From: an uncultured Clostridia bacterium
Lineage (GTDB): Bacteria; Bacillota; Clostridia; TANB77; CAG-508
DNA: 57,297 bases
Direction of reading: 5' to 3'
Assembly (NCBI GenBank): GCA_947594065.1
Contig: CANQDX010000005.1
Span: 1-57,297 of the forward strand
Positions 43,591-54,145 of the stretch are shown here, one piece after another. The notes below the pieces were generated by a model. That model saw only the letters and a program-made list of their open reading frames with translations, was not told where the DNA came from and made no database searches. Both the position numbers and the translations under genes were made by a program. Every line of letters begins with the position of its first letter. Within the stretch, counting starts at the first letter, position 1.

Positions 43591-43947
43591 CGATAAAGCT
43601 AATATTAATCGTAGTTCAAACAAATATAAATCATTACATACCTAATAAACATTGCTGTTTAAATAAGCATTACACAACTTATATTCATCCATTACTCGAG
43701 TAAAGTATATCATTAACAGCAAACTTCTTCCCAAAGGGAATACAATTTACCACTAACCAATATAAATATACTCTTAACTTGAATATATTGCATATAATTT
43801 AACCAATTAAAATCAGCTTACATACACACAATATACTCGCACAACCGACGCATATAAACCACAAAAAATAGCCTATATGCATCTTCGTCCGAAAAATATT
43901 AAGTAAAAACCTAATATTTCTCTTGGTTTAACTAATATTAACCTTAT
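43552..43947 (-). ncRNA. Candidate structured non-coding RNA of unknown family
   Basis: Minus-strand promoter-like TTGTAT-18-TATACT (43983-43954), hairpins with G-U pairs that form only on the minus strand, and an end at the bidirectional terminator. Confidence 0.35.
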
Positions 43948-44016
43948 AATTTTAGTATAAACAAAAAAGAAAAAAATATACAAAGAAATTTGTCGATTTT
44001 TGTAACAAAAAAACAA

Positions 44017-44044
44017 TTGACAAACCCAAAAAATAAGATATAAT
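44017..44044 (+). promoter_or_regulatory. SigA-type promoter of the virB4-like operon
   Basis: TTGACA-16-TATAAT, both hexamers perfect consensus. Confidence 0.75.
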
Positions 44045-44144
44045 AAAATCAATATTATTTCTTAACAATTTTTAAGTTAAACAATTTTTATTTTCAAATT
44101 AATTTTTTCTCAAAATTTTCCAAAAAAAATTTTTAAAAAAGGAA

Positions 44145-44711
44145 GTGATATTTATTAAGAAAAAAATTAATAGTGTTCAAGAATGGCTGCCTATTAGGGA
44201 GTTTTATAGTGATGGGCTGTTAAAATTAAAAAATGGAAAATTAGTAAAAATTTTAAAAATAGTCCCCATTAATTATGATTTAAAATCGGAGTTTGAAAAG
44301 AAAACAATTTTAAATTCTTATAAAGCATTTTTAAAAAATTGCAATTTTGAAATTCAAATTATTATTCAAAGTAACAAAGAAGACATTTCAGAAAACATAG
44401 AAAAAATAAACATACAGAAAGAAAAAGAAAAGCAAAAACAAAATAATCATATTGTAAATTTTTCTAATTTATATATTTCGTTTATCAAACAGAAAAACAA
44501 AGAAAAACTTTCATCTTCTAAAAATTTTTATATTCTTATAAATTCAACAAAATCCCCAGAAAATCAAGAAGAAAACATAAAACAAGAATTAAAAGAAAAA
44601 TATTTTAAAATAAAAGATTCTTTATCTAGGTGCGGAAATATTGTTTACGAAATAAAAGAACAAGAAGAAATAAAGAAAATAATTAGTTCTTTTTTAAATA
44701 CTAAAACATAA
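44145..44711 (+). CDS. T4SS-associated hypothetical protein (resembles the soluble PrgI C-terminal / VirB4 N-terminal region)
   Basis: SVQEWLPI...KILKIVPINYDLKS...FEIQIIIQS pattern, directly upstream of a VirB4-like ATPase. Confidence 0.6.
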   Translation: MIFIKKKINSVQEWLPIREFYSDGLLKLKNGKLVKILKIVPINYDLKSEFEKKTILNSYKAFLKNCNFEIQIIIQSNKEDISENIEKINIQKEKEKQKQNNHIVNFSNLYISFIKQKNKEKLSSSKNFYILINSTKSPENQEENIKQELKEKYFKIKDSLSRCGNIVYEIKEQEEIKKIISSFLNTKT

Positions 44712-44721
44712 AGGAGGAAAA

Positions 44722-46518
44722 ATGAAAAGAAAAAAACAAGAAAATCCTTGGGAAATATATGAAGGAGCAATTACTCCAATTGATAAAATTTGTCCCACTT
44801 ATATAAATTTAAACAATCCCAAATATTTAGAAATAGATGAAACCTATTATTCAGGAATAATTTTATATAACTACAATAGGGAATATGAGGAACTAATATT
44901 AAAAAATTTAATAAATTCAAACTTAAATTTGAATATTTCTATTTTTTACGAAAAAAAAGACACTCAAAAAACAATTAAAGAACTCACATATCATATTGGA
45001 AATGTTAATGTTGAATTAAATGAAAAAAACAAAAATAATCAAGATATAGATTTGGCAGCATTTTCATATAACGATGCAAAATATATAAGGAGACAAATGC
45101 AAATAGAAAACGAGAATTTGTATTTTTTATATATTTATATAACAGTATTTGCAAAAAGTATTGAAGAATTAGAAAATCAATTAGATAAACTAGAAAATAT
45201 TTTGCAAGCAAGCGGATTGCAAAGCAAAAGAGCATATTTTAGGCAAGAACAAACCTTTTTATCTTGTATTCCAATAATGGAAAATAATATAGATATAAAA
45301 AACGTATCTAAAAGAAACATATTAACTTCAGGACTTGTTTCTACTTATCCATTTATATCGTCATCTGTTTTAGACAAGGAAGGTTTATACATAGGAACAA
45401 ATATTTATAATCAATCTCTTATCTTTATCGATAGATATGATAGCGAAAAATATAAAAATGCTAATCTTTGCATTTTTGGAACAAGTGGAGCAGGGAAATC
45501 ATTTTTTACAAAGTTATTAATTCTGCGAAGTAGATTACTTGGAATAGAACAATATGTTATAGATCCAGAAAGGGAATATATTAATTTATGCAATGAATTA
45601 AAAGGAACATTAATTAAAATTGGACCAACATCAAATTGCTTTGTTAATATTATGGATATTAGAAAAGAAAGCATAGAGGAAGATAATAAGGGATATTTAG
45701 CAACAAAAATTACAAAATTAATTGGATTTTTTAATTTAATTTTTGGGGAACTAAACGAAGAAGATAAAGCCTTATTAGAAGAAAAAATAATTGAATGTTA
45801 TAGAAAAAAAAATATAACTTTTGACGACCAAAGTTTGTATAAAATAAAAAACAATAAAAAGATATTTAAAGAAAATGAAGATATGCCAATTTTGATGGAT
45901 TTATATAAAATTCTTGAATCAGATGAAAAAACTAAAATATTTAAAACAAAATTAATGCCATTTGTAAAAGGATCTTTAAGCTTCTTCAACCATCAAACCA
46001 ACGTGGAATTAAACAGCGAATTAATTGTAGCAGATATTTATGAATTAGGAGAAGAAAATTTAAAATATGGACTATTTATTTTTGTAGATTTTTTCTGGGA
46101 CAAAATAAAAAAAGATAGAAGTAAAAGAAAATCTATTTATTTAGATGAAATTTGGAGATTAATAGGTGTTACATCCAACAAAGAGGTGGCAAGCTTTATT
46201 TACAAAATATTTAAAACAATTAGAAAATATGGTGGAAGTAGTGTTGCCATTACACAGGATGTTTCAGATTTATTTAGCCTAGAGGGAGGAATCTATGGAA
46301 AAAGCATTATTAATAATTCTGCTATAAAATTATTTTTTTCTTTAGAAGAAGAAAATATTAAAACATTATCAGAATATAGCAATCTAACAGAAAAAGAGAA
46401 AATAGAAATAAAATCTTTAAAAAAAGGAGAATGTTTAATGTATGTTGGAGAAAATCATATTTTGGCGCAAATAGAAGCTGCCGATTTTGAAAAGAAAATA
46501 ATAATAGGAGAAAAATAA
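44722..46518 (+). CDS. VirB4/TrsE-like type IV secretion ATPase
   Basis: NANLCIFGTSGAGKS (Walker A), VIDPEREY, IYLDE (Walker B) and RKYGGSSVAITQD motifs. Confidence 0.9.
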   Translation: MKRKKQENPWEIYEGAITPIDKICPTYINLNNPKYLEIDETYYSGIILYNYNREYEELILKNLINSNLNLNISIFYEKKDTQKTIKELTYHIGNVNVELNEKNKNNQDIDLAAFSYNDAKYIRRQMQIENENLYFLYIYITVFAKSIEELENQLDKLENILQASGLQSKRAYFRQEQTFLSCIPIMENNIDIKNVSKRNILTSGLVSTYPFISSSVLDKEGLYIGTNIYNQSLIFIDRYDSEKYKNANLCIFGTSGAGKSFFTKLLILRSRLLGIEQYVIDPEREYINLCNELKGTLIKIGPTSNCFVNIMDIRKESIEEDNKGYLATKITKLIGFFNLIFGELNEEDKALLEEKIIECYRKKNITFDDQSLYKIKNNKKIFKENEDMPILMDLYKILESDEKTKIFKTKLMPFVKGSLSFFNHQTNVELNSELIVADIYELGEENLKYGLFIFVDFFWDKIKKDRSKRKSIYLDEIWRLIGVTSNKEVASFIYKIFKTIRKYGGSSVAITQDVSDLFSLEGGIYGKSIINNSAIKLFFSLEEENIKTLSEYSNLTEKEKIEIKSLKKGECLMYVGENHILAQIEAADFEKKIIIGEK

Positions 46519-46520
46519 AA

Positions 46521-47489
46521 ATGAATATTATAACGGCATTAAATAATGAAACAATAAACGAAGAATTAAAAAAACAAAAAGAAATAAATATTGTATCAAG
46601 AGATATTCCTTATAGAGAAGGAATATTGGAGATTTTAGAAAAGCAACAAAATGTTCAAGCAATTATAATTTATGAAGGTATTTATGGACAAATTAAAATT
46701 GAAAAATTAATTCAACAAATAAAAAATAAAAATTCAAAAATAATAATATTAATTATATTAAATAAAAAAGAAAATTTAAAAGAAAAATATTTAATAGAAA
46801 ATAAAATTAAATACCTTTATTTAGAAAATTTAACAGCGCAGAAAATAATAGATACTATTTTTTCAAGAAATAAAATAATAGCAGTTATAGGAAATGAAGG
46901 GAGCGGAAAAACAGTAACAACAGCAATTTTAGGAGAATATTTATCAAAAAATAAAAAAGTTCTAATTGTAGAAGATAATATAAAAAATAATTCTTTATTA
47001 AATATTTATAAAAAAAATATAAAAAAAGAGGAATTAATAATTCAAATTAAAAATAATTTATTCATTTTCAGTATAAAAAATTTAGTAGAAAATCATAAAA
47101 AAAATCAAACTAAAATTATCAATGAAATAAAAAAAATAAAGGATACTTTTAATTATATTTTAATAGATACACAAAATATTGGAAGTTTAAAATTATATAA
47201 TGAAATTATTAATGAAAATTTACTCATTATAAATCCTAATATTTTAGAAATTAATAAAATTAAAAACATAAATCTCTCTAATAAAAACATAAAAATTATA
47301 TTAAATTATTATAATGAAAATGCAATTAGTGAGGATATAATAAAAAATCTTTTCAAAAATAATGCGACAATTTTAGAAAAATTAGAATATAGCAAAAGCT
47401 ACAATTTAATGATAAATCATAATTTTAATATTAATTATTTAGACGCAAAAATTAAACGAAAAATTATTAATATAATAAAAAAAATATAA
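46521..47489 (+). CDS. ParA/MinD/CpaE-like P-loop protein with receiver-like N-terminus
   Basis: IIAVIGNEGSGKT, KKVLIVE and FNYILIDT motifs; the N-terminus resembles a degenerate receiver fold. Confidence 0.6.
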   Translation: MNIITALNNETINEELKKQKEINIVSRDIPYREGILEILEKQQNVQAIIIYEGIYGQIKIEKLIQQIKNKNSKIIILIILNKKENLKEKYLIENKIKYLYLENLTAQKIIDTIFSRNKIIAVIGNEGSGKTVTTAILGEYLSKNKKVLIVEDNIKNNSLLNIYKKNIKKEELIIQIKNNLFIFSIKNLVENHKKNQTKIINEIKKIKDTFNYILIDTQNIGSLKLYNEIINENLLIINPNILEINKIKNINLSNKNIKIILNYYNENAISEDIIKNLFKNNATILEKLEYSKSYNLMINHNFNINYLDAKIKRKIINIIKKI

Positions 47490-47503
47490 AAGGAGGATTA
47501 ATT

Positions 47504-48262
47504 ATGGAATTAGAATTAGCAACTCAAAATTTAGAAAATAAAAATATTTTTGGTAATAATAGCAAGGTTGATTTATTAGTAGAAAAAGACGTAACCGTAG
47601 AAAAGCAAAACAACTTTTTAGAATCTACTCTTGGAAAGACAATTAATACTGCAATCGATGTTGGTTTAAGAGCTGTATTGCCAGATATGATAGAAGATCA
47701 AGTAATAGATGTAAAAGATGTATTGTTAAAAAACGGTTTAAAAGAAGGAATTGATGTGGCAGTAAAATCTGCTATTGACTTAGGGAAGAGTGCACTTGGA
47801 ATAATAACAGGGAAATTTGATAATCTATCACAAGCATACAGTGCTGTAAAAAAGGGCGGAATTATTGACGGAGTATCCGAAACAATAGATAATGTAGTAG
47901 AGTCTGCATCCAAAAACAAATTAATTTCAACAGGAACATCTAGACTAATCAAAAAAGGAAAAAATGCTTTATTAGATACGGTTACAGCTAATATAGAAGA
48001 TACATTTCTTAAAGAAATGGACTCTGTAGAAAAAGTAAGCAAATATATATCAAATTGGAATAATTACTATAATTTAAAAGATATTGATGGAATGGAAAAG
48101 GAATATGGAAAAATAAAAAAGCAAATGCAAACTATGGTGGCATTAGATAGCACAATTTCAGAAGCAAAGAAAATAGAAAATATTCATAACCTTATTAAAA
48201 ACAAGGGAGAAAATTATGTTTTATCTAAGGAAGAGGAAGAACTAGCTCAAATTTTAAAATAA
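47504..48262 (+). CDS. Hypothetical helical protein
   Basis: 252-aa ORF with AGGAGG RBS; last gene of the virB4-like operon. Confidence 0.8.
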   Translation: MELELATQNLENKNIFGNNSKVDLLVEKDVTVEKQNNFLESTLGKTINTAIDVGLRAVLPDMIEDQVIDVKDVLLKNGLKEGIDVAVKSAIDLGKSALGIITGKFDNLSQAYSAVKKGGIIDGVSETIDNVVESASKNKLISTGTSRLIKKGKNALLDTVTANIEDTFLKEMDSVEKVSKYISNWNNYYNLKDIDGMEKEYGKIKKQMQTMVALDSTISEAKKIENIHNLIKNKGENYVLSKEEEELAQILK

Positions 48263-48404
48263 ACTCAAAAATGAGCATTTATGTGTGTTTCAAGTAAGAA
48301 AATTTGAAAATTTTAATCTTTTTTTCTTGCATATTTTAACAAGGTTTAGTATAATAAATCCGTAAGAAAACAAGTAATTAATAGCGAGAAAAGAGGTTTT
48401 TTTA

Positions 48405-50846
48405 GTGGAAATAGAAGGCGAAAAAATAATTGAACGCGATATTGAAAAAGAAATGAAAACAGCATATATTGATTACGCAATGAGTGTTATAGTATCTCGT
48501 GCATTACCAGATGTAAGAGATGGGCTAAAACCAGTACATAGGAGAATTTTATATGCTATGCACGAAGATGGTATTACATCAGATAAGCCATACAGAAAAT
48601 GCGCAAATACTGTTGGTTCTGTTTTGGGTAGATATCATCCTCACGGAGATGCAGCTGTATATGATGCAATGGTTAGAATGGCACAAGAATTTTCTATGAG
48701 ATATATGTTAATTGATGGTCACGGAAATTTCGGTTCAATAGATGGCGATGGCGCAGCAGCTATGAGGTATACAGAAGCAAGAATGGCTAAAATTTCTAAC
48801 TATATGTTAGCAGATATAGAAAAAAATACAGTTAATTTTATGCCAAACTATGATGATAGACTTCAAGAACCAACTGTTTTACCAGCGCAAATACCAGCAT
48901 TATTAATTAATGGTTCCTCTGGAATTGCAGTAGGAATGGCTACTAATATTCCACCACACAATTTAACAGAAGTAGTAGATGGAATTATTAAAATAATAGA
49001 CGAAGATAATGTAACAGACGAAGAATTAATGCAAATTGTAAAGGGACCAGACTTCCCAACAGGCGCATTAATACTAGGAAAAGAAGGAATTAAAGAAGCA
49101 TATACAACTGGAAAAGGAAAAATTACATTAAGAGCAGAAACAGAAATAGAAGAGATGAGTGGAAATAGACAAAGAATTATTGTTTCTTCTTTACCATATC
49201 AAGTTAATAAAGCAAAATTAATTGAAACAATTTCAACATTACAAAAAGAAAAAAGAATAGATGGTATTTCAGAAGTAAGAGACGAATCAGATAGAACAGA
49301 TAAAGTAAGAGTAGTTATTGAACTTAAAAGAGATGCCAATGCTCAAGTAATTTTAAATCAATTATATAAACATACACAAATGCAAGACACATTTGGTATT
49401 ATTATGCTTGCTTTAGTTAATGGAGAACCAAGAATATTAACTTTAAGACAATGTATGGATTGCTACATAGAGCACAGAAAAGAAGTTGTTTTAAGAAGAA
49501 CAAAGTTCGACTTAGACAAAGCAGAAGCAAGAGCACACATCTTAGAAGGATTAAAAATAGCTTTAGACAATATTGATGAAGTAATAAATATTATTAGAAA
49601 TTCTTATGATGATGCAAAAGAAAGATTAATGGAAAGATTTGGTTTGTCAGATATACAGGCACAATCTATACTAGATATGAGATTAAAAACACTATCTGGT
49701 TTGCAAAGAGAGAAAATAGAAGAAGAATACAACGAGTTAATGAAATTAATTGCATATTTAAAAGATGTTTTAAGTAGCGAAAAATTAGTTTTTGACATTA
49801 TTAAGAAAGAATTAATAGAAGTAAAAGAAAAGTTTGGAGACAGCAGAAAAACAAAAATTGTTGCAGCAGAAGGAGAATTTGAGGTAGAAGATTTAATAAA
49901 AGAGGAGCAAACTGTTATAACTTTAACTCACTTTGGGTATATAAAAAGAATGCCAATTGATACATACAAAAGTCAAAAAAGAGGTGGAAAAGGAATAACA
50001 GGAACAGCAACAAGAGAAGAAGATTTTGTAAAACAAATCTTTACAGCATCTACACACGATACATTATTATTCTTTACCAATAAGGGAAAAGTATATAGAT
50101 TAAGAGGATTTGAAATACCAGAAGCGGGAAGAACTGCAAAAGGAACAGCAATAGTAAATCTTTTAAGCTTAGATAGAGGAGAAAAAATATCAGCAGTTAT
50201 TACACTTTCTAATTTCGCTGATGGAAAATATTTATTAATGGCAACAAAACAAGGTATGATTAAAAAGACAGCATTAAAGGAATATGACTCTGTTAGAAAA
50301 TCTGGATTACAAGCTATTACATTAAAAGATGAGGATGAATTAATTGATGTAAGAATGACAGACGGAGAAGATAATGTTGTATTAGTAACCCGTGAAGGTC
50401 TATGTATTACTTTTGAAGAAAAAGATGTAAGACCAATTGGCAGAGTTGGACAAGGAGTAATAGGAATAAAACTAAATGACGGCGATGAAGTAATTGGAAT
50501 GGAACCTATTATTGTTGGAAGCAAAGCCACCCTTCTTGCTATAACAGAAAATGGATTTGGAAAAAGAACAGAATTAGAAGAATATAGGGTACAAGCAAGA
50601 GGCGGAAAAGGCGTTATAACATACAAAATTACTCCAAAAACAGGAAAAATAGTTGGAATTAGAATTGCAACAGACGATGAAGACGTAATGCTTATTACAA
50701 ATAATGGAACAATAATTAGAATAAAAGTAAAAGATATTAGTGTTCTTGGAAGATCAACACAGGGAGTTACATTAATGAGAACAAATGACGAATGTAAAGT
50801 AGTAAGTATTGAAACAATAATGCCAGAAGGTAGCGAAGAAGAATAG
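48405..50846 (+). CDS. gyrA: DNA gyrase subunit A
   Basis: RALPDVRDGLKPVHRR, YHPHGD, AAMRYTEAR and GyrA-box QKRGGKG; own promoter-like TTGCAT-17-TATAAT upstream. Confidence 0.97.
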   Translation: MEIEGEKIIERDIEKEMKTAYIDYAMSVIVSRALPDVRDGLKPVHRRILYAMHEDGITSDKPYRKCANTVGSVLGRYHPHGDAAVYDAMVRMAQEFSMRYMLIDGHGNFGSIDGDGAAAMRYTEARMAKISNYMLADIEKNTVNFMPNYDDRLQEPTVLPAQIPALLINGSSGIAVGMATNIPPHNLTEVVDGIIKIIDEDNVTDEELMQIVKGPDFPTGALILGKEGIKEAYTTGKGKITLRAETEIEEMSGNRQRIIVSSLPYQVNKAKLIETISTLQKEKRIDGISEVRDESDRTDKVRVVIELKRDANAQVILNQLYKHTQMQDTFGIIMLALVNGEPRILTLRQCMDCYIEHRKEVVLRRTKFDLDKAEARAHILEGLKIALDNIDEVINIIRNSYDDAKERLMERFGLSDIQAQSILDMRLKTLSGLQREKIEEEYNELMKLIAYLKDVLSSEKLVFDIIKKELIEVKEKFGDSRKTKIVAAEGEFEVEDLIKEEQTVITLTHFGYIKRMPIDTYKSQKRGGKGITGTATREEDFVKQIFTASTHDTLLFFTNKGKVYRLRGFEIPEAGRTAKGTAIVNLLSLDRGEKISAVITLSNFADGKYLLMATKQGMIKKTALKEYDSVRKSGLQAITLKDEDELIDVRMTDGEDNVVLVTREGLCITFEEKDVRPIGRVGQGVIGIKLNDGDEVIGMEPIIVGSKATLLAITENGFGKRTELEEYRVQARGGKGVITYKITPKTGKIVGIRIATDDEDVMLITNNGTIIRIKVKDISVLGRSTQGVTLMRTNDECKVVSIETIMPEGSEEE

Positions 50847-50867
50847 CAAAAATATTTTACATATATA

Positions 50868-50901
50868 AAACAAAAAACAGCATTTATGCTGTTTTTTGTT
50901 T
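50868..50901. terminator. Bidirectional terminator between gyrA and the dnaC-like gene
   Basis: AAACAAAAAACAGCA-TTTA-TGCTGTTTTTTGTTT. Confidence 0.85.
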
Positions 50902-51889
50902 ATTTACTATACCTTAAATCTTCTCCAAAGAATCTACAAATATTATAATAACCTACTAACCTAGAAAAAATTCTTTCATCATAATTTTTAAATAAATTAT
51001 TTAAACTTAAATTAGTAGAAATTATTGTTTTAGTAATATGATGATTTTGGTTTAATAATCTAGTGTTAATTATATTAAACAATTCTGAAAGTTTAACATT
51101 ATTTATATTTTCAGTTCCTAAATCGTCTATAATTAATAAATCAACATCCAATAAATCATTATAATTAAAATCTGGGTTTTTTCCAAATTTGTAATCAATA
51201 ACCGAATCCAACATAACAGGAGCTGTTTGATATAAAACTGTTTTACCTTTTTTTAGAACTTCATTTGCAATGCAATTAGTTAAAAATGTTTTTCCAAGAC
51301 CAGTATTTCCTGAAAAAAGTAAGTTTTTTTCTGATGGATTATCAAAACAATCAATAAAATGTAAAGCAATTTCTTTAATCTTTTCCATATTTTTTCTTGG
51401 AGAAATATTTGAATTATATTTTTTTTCATCTATTTCATCAGAAAATAAATTTAAGTTAAAAAAATCAAAATTATTACTTTCTAATCCAGAAATATTAGAT
51501 TTATTATATTGTATATCTAACAATTTTTGTTTCAAACAAGTACACATAATATTATTATCGTTAATCAAATATCCAGTATCATTACACAATTTACAAGAAT
51601 AATCAGGAATAAAGAAATCTTCGGTGATGCCTAATTTATTTAACAATTCCTTTTTTTCAGACCTTAGTTTATCTAACAAATCATTTAAAGTATTAATTTT
51701 ATCTGAATTTTTATTTAATAAAATTGTTTTAGAAAGCTCAATGGAAGCCTGATTAATTTTATCATTTATTTCTGAAACAGAAGGATTTTGAAGATAAAAT
51801 TTATTTAATTTATTTTCTAACTCTAATTGTTTTTCTAGTCTTTTCTTTTCATATTCTTTTAATAGAGATTTTAAAATAGGATTGCTCAA
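50900..51889 (-). CDS. DnaC/DnaI-like helicase-loader ATPase
   Basis: CKLCNDTG...CTC zinc motif, GNTGLGKTFL, LLIIDDLGTE and STNL motifs. Confidence 0.88.
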   Translation of the reverse strand: MSNPILKSLLKEYEKKRLEKQLELENKLNKFYLQNPSVSEINDKINQASIELSKTILLNKNSDKINTLNDLLDKLRSEKKELLNKLGITEDFFIPDYSCKLCNDTGYLINDNNIMCTCLKQKLLDIQYNKSNISGLESNNFDFFNLNLFSDEIDEKKYNSNISPRKNMEKIKEIALHFIDCFDNPSEKNLLFSGNTGLGKTFLTNCIANEVLKKGKTVLYQTAPVMLDSVIDYKFGKNPDFNYNDLLDVDLLIIDDLGTENINNVKLSELFNIINTRLLNQNHHITKTIISTNLSLNNLFKNYDERIFSRLVGYYNICRFFGEDLRYSK

Positions 51890-51903
51890 AATAAACCTCC
51901 TTT

Positions 51904-52869
51904 TTATTCATTATTAGCATAAAAGCTATCAAAATCTGTAATATTTCTTTGATCATATTTTTGATAATTTGTTTTCTTTTCTAAGTCCTTAATTTGTTTT
52001 GATTTATTTTTAAAATCTAATAAATATTTTTTTACATCCTCTGAATTTAGCAGTTTTCTATCATACCAATCAGAAATCATTTTATCAATATAATCAAAAT
52101 TTGGATTAGTTTTAGAAGTTGTTTTCTTCAAAGCAATTTCAATAATATCAAATCCATAATGATATTCTTGTAACCATTTTTCAATATAAGCTTCTTCATA
52201 TTGTGTAAGGCTACGAGTTAATCCTAATTTTTTGCAAATATCTTTTTTAATCTTTTTTACTTTCTCTTGATTTTCAAAATATTCATCTAATTCAGAGAAA
52301 GTTTTAATATGGTTATTATACCAAGCCTCAGCCACAGTTTTAACATAATTTCTATGAAGAGCTGATTTATCAAAACAATATCTAAAAAGAGCAATCATAA
52401 CTTCTTCATCAAAGTCATATTTTTTAAACCATAAATCAATATCGCTATACCAAGAAGGAGACATTATTCCTTGAAAAAATTCTGTATTAATATGGTCAAT
52501 TGCATTTGAGCGAGATTTATCTTTTTGCATATTTTGAACAGTTTCCTTAGAAATGGTAATTTTAGGTGAATATAATTTATTTAACTCTATTTCTTGAACA
52601 GAATTTAAAATATAATCTGTTCCTTTTTTTATTAAAACATTGTTTTCTTCCCAGTAACCAATAGCCTCTTGAATAACTTTAATTGGTAATGCTATTTTTT
52701 TAGAAAGATCATTTAATTTAATATCTTTATTGTATTTTGATAAAAAAAGTAAATATAAATATACCTTTATATAATCACCTGGTGCTTGAGAAATGTATTC
52801 TGTAAAAAAAGCATCAGGCAATAAAGTATATGAGAAAAGCATAGATAAATCATTTTGTTCAATCTTCAT
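51904..52869 (-). CDS. DnaD-domain replication protein
   Basis: YIKVYLY N-terminus and two DnaD-like repeats (NYVKTVAEAW, NFDYIDKMISDW); paired with the DnaC-like gene. Confidence 0.88.
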   Translation of the reverse strand: MKIEQNDLSMLFSYTLLPDAFFTEYISQAPGDYIKVYLYLLFLSKYNKDIKLNDLSKKIALPIKVIQEAIGYWEENNVLIKKGTDYILNSVQEIELNKLYSPKITISKETVQNMQKDKSRSNAIDHINTEFFQGIMSPSWYSDIDLWFKKYDFDEEVMIALFRYCFDKSALHRNYVKTVAEAWYNNHIKTFSELDEYFENQEKVKKIKKDICKKLGLTRSLTQYEEAYIEKWLQEYHYGFDIIEIALKKTTSKTNPNFDYIDKMISDWYDRKLLNSEDVKKYLLDFKNKSKQIKDLEKKTNYQKYDQRNITDFDSFYANNE

Positions 52870-52957
52870 AGCATAACCTCCTAAAATTCTACAAAAAAAT
52901 TATATCATTTTTTTTATTCAATTACAATAGAACAACAGAGGAATAATTATAAATCCT

Positions 52958-53245
52958 TTAGTTATACAAGTAAAGCTTTGGCTTTTTAAAGTATTTAATA
53001 ATATAAATTAAAACCAAGAAAATGTTTTCATTATTTAAACCAACAATACTTAAAAGGAAAATAGGAAAGCAAATAGAAACAAAAAGAAAAATCTTAATAT
53101 TTGTGTTAGTAAATAAAATATTGACACAACAAAAAATAAAACAATAAAAAATTATATTCACTGTAAGAGTAAAATAATCAATTACTCCAAATAGTTTTTT
53201 GTTAAAGTTATAATTTCTAGGGAAAATAAATTTGATATAAATCAC
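52958..53245 (-). CDS. PrgI/VirB3-like small membrane protein
   Basis: FIFPRNYNFNKKLFGVID, two TM helices and a YFKKPKLYLY ending; T4SS context. Confidence 0.7.
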   Translation of the reverse strand: MIYIKFIFPRNYNFNKKLFGVIDYFTLTVNIIFYCFIFCCVNILFTNTNIKIFLFVSICFPIFLLSIVGLNNENIFLVLIYIIKYFKKPKLYLYN

Positions 53246-53248
53246 CTC

Positions 53249-54125
53249 CTATCTAATAAACATTGATTTAAACTGATTCATTCCCATACCAACATCAGAA
53301 CTGATTCCTCCGAAGCATTTCTCTTACATACTGATTTGCTTTTATTAAAATGAAAATAGCACCAACTAAGATAAATTTAGAGAAAATATCTGTCGAGGAA
53401 ATTTTTAATGAGAAAATTAGTAATAAAATAATGGAAACAAAAACTTGAATGAGCATTAAAGATAAAAAAGATTTAATCCACGATGTAAATAAAATTGAAG
53501 TGCTTTTATTAGAAAGAGAAAGGATTGCAAATGGCGAAATTAAAACAAATACCTTTATTAAAACATATCTAACGGCATAAGTAATAACTAAATTCAACAA
53601 ACCTAAAGAAATAAGCGCCTTCATAATGCCATCAAGAGAAAGAAAATCTGAGGTTTTGTCCATAGAAATAATTGAATTTAATTGAGTAATTAAGCTTGAA
53701 AAACAAATTTCGGTATGAAATAAATTTTCACCAACTTCTCTAATACTGTTGGAAATTAACGAAATAATATTAATTATTTCTTCACAGATAAAAAAGGAAA
53801 AATTCATACAAATAGAGTAAAGTATTATTTTAAAGAGAAAATGAGAAGGTCTTTCTACTTGTGTAATTCCAAGATGTCCTAATAACAGCTTGAAAGCATA
53901 ATAAATTAAATACCCTAGAATAAGAGAATTTGCAACAAGCAAAATGCCTTTAGAAGATGAAGTTCCTAAAATATCTGAAAAATGGGAAGAATTTAGAATG
54001 TCGGTATTAATAAAAGTGAAATCATCTAAAACAGAATAAAGAGAATTGTCAATTGAAGAAAAAAGTTTAAAAAGTAATTCATTTATTGTATCAAAAATTG
54101 TGGAAGAAATAGTAGAAATATCCAA
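53249..54125 (-). CDS. VirB6/TrbL-like polytopic membrane protein, probably extended by a +1 frameshift at 53312
   Basis: Multiple TM helices and a VRYVLIKVFVLISPFAIL...FTSWIKSF pattern. The +1 frame adds GGISSDVGMGMNQFKSMFIR, ending on the next gene's RBS; the unshifted stop is at 53295. Confidence 0.75.
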
Positions 54126-54145
54126 AATATAAGCCTCCTATTTTT

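Noticed and set aside
43991..43997. Spo0A box upstream of the virB4 operon
   Set aside because: A single 6/7 match (TGTCGAT) is expected by chance.
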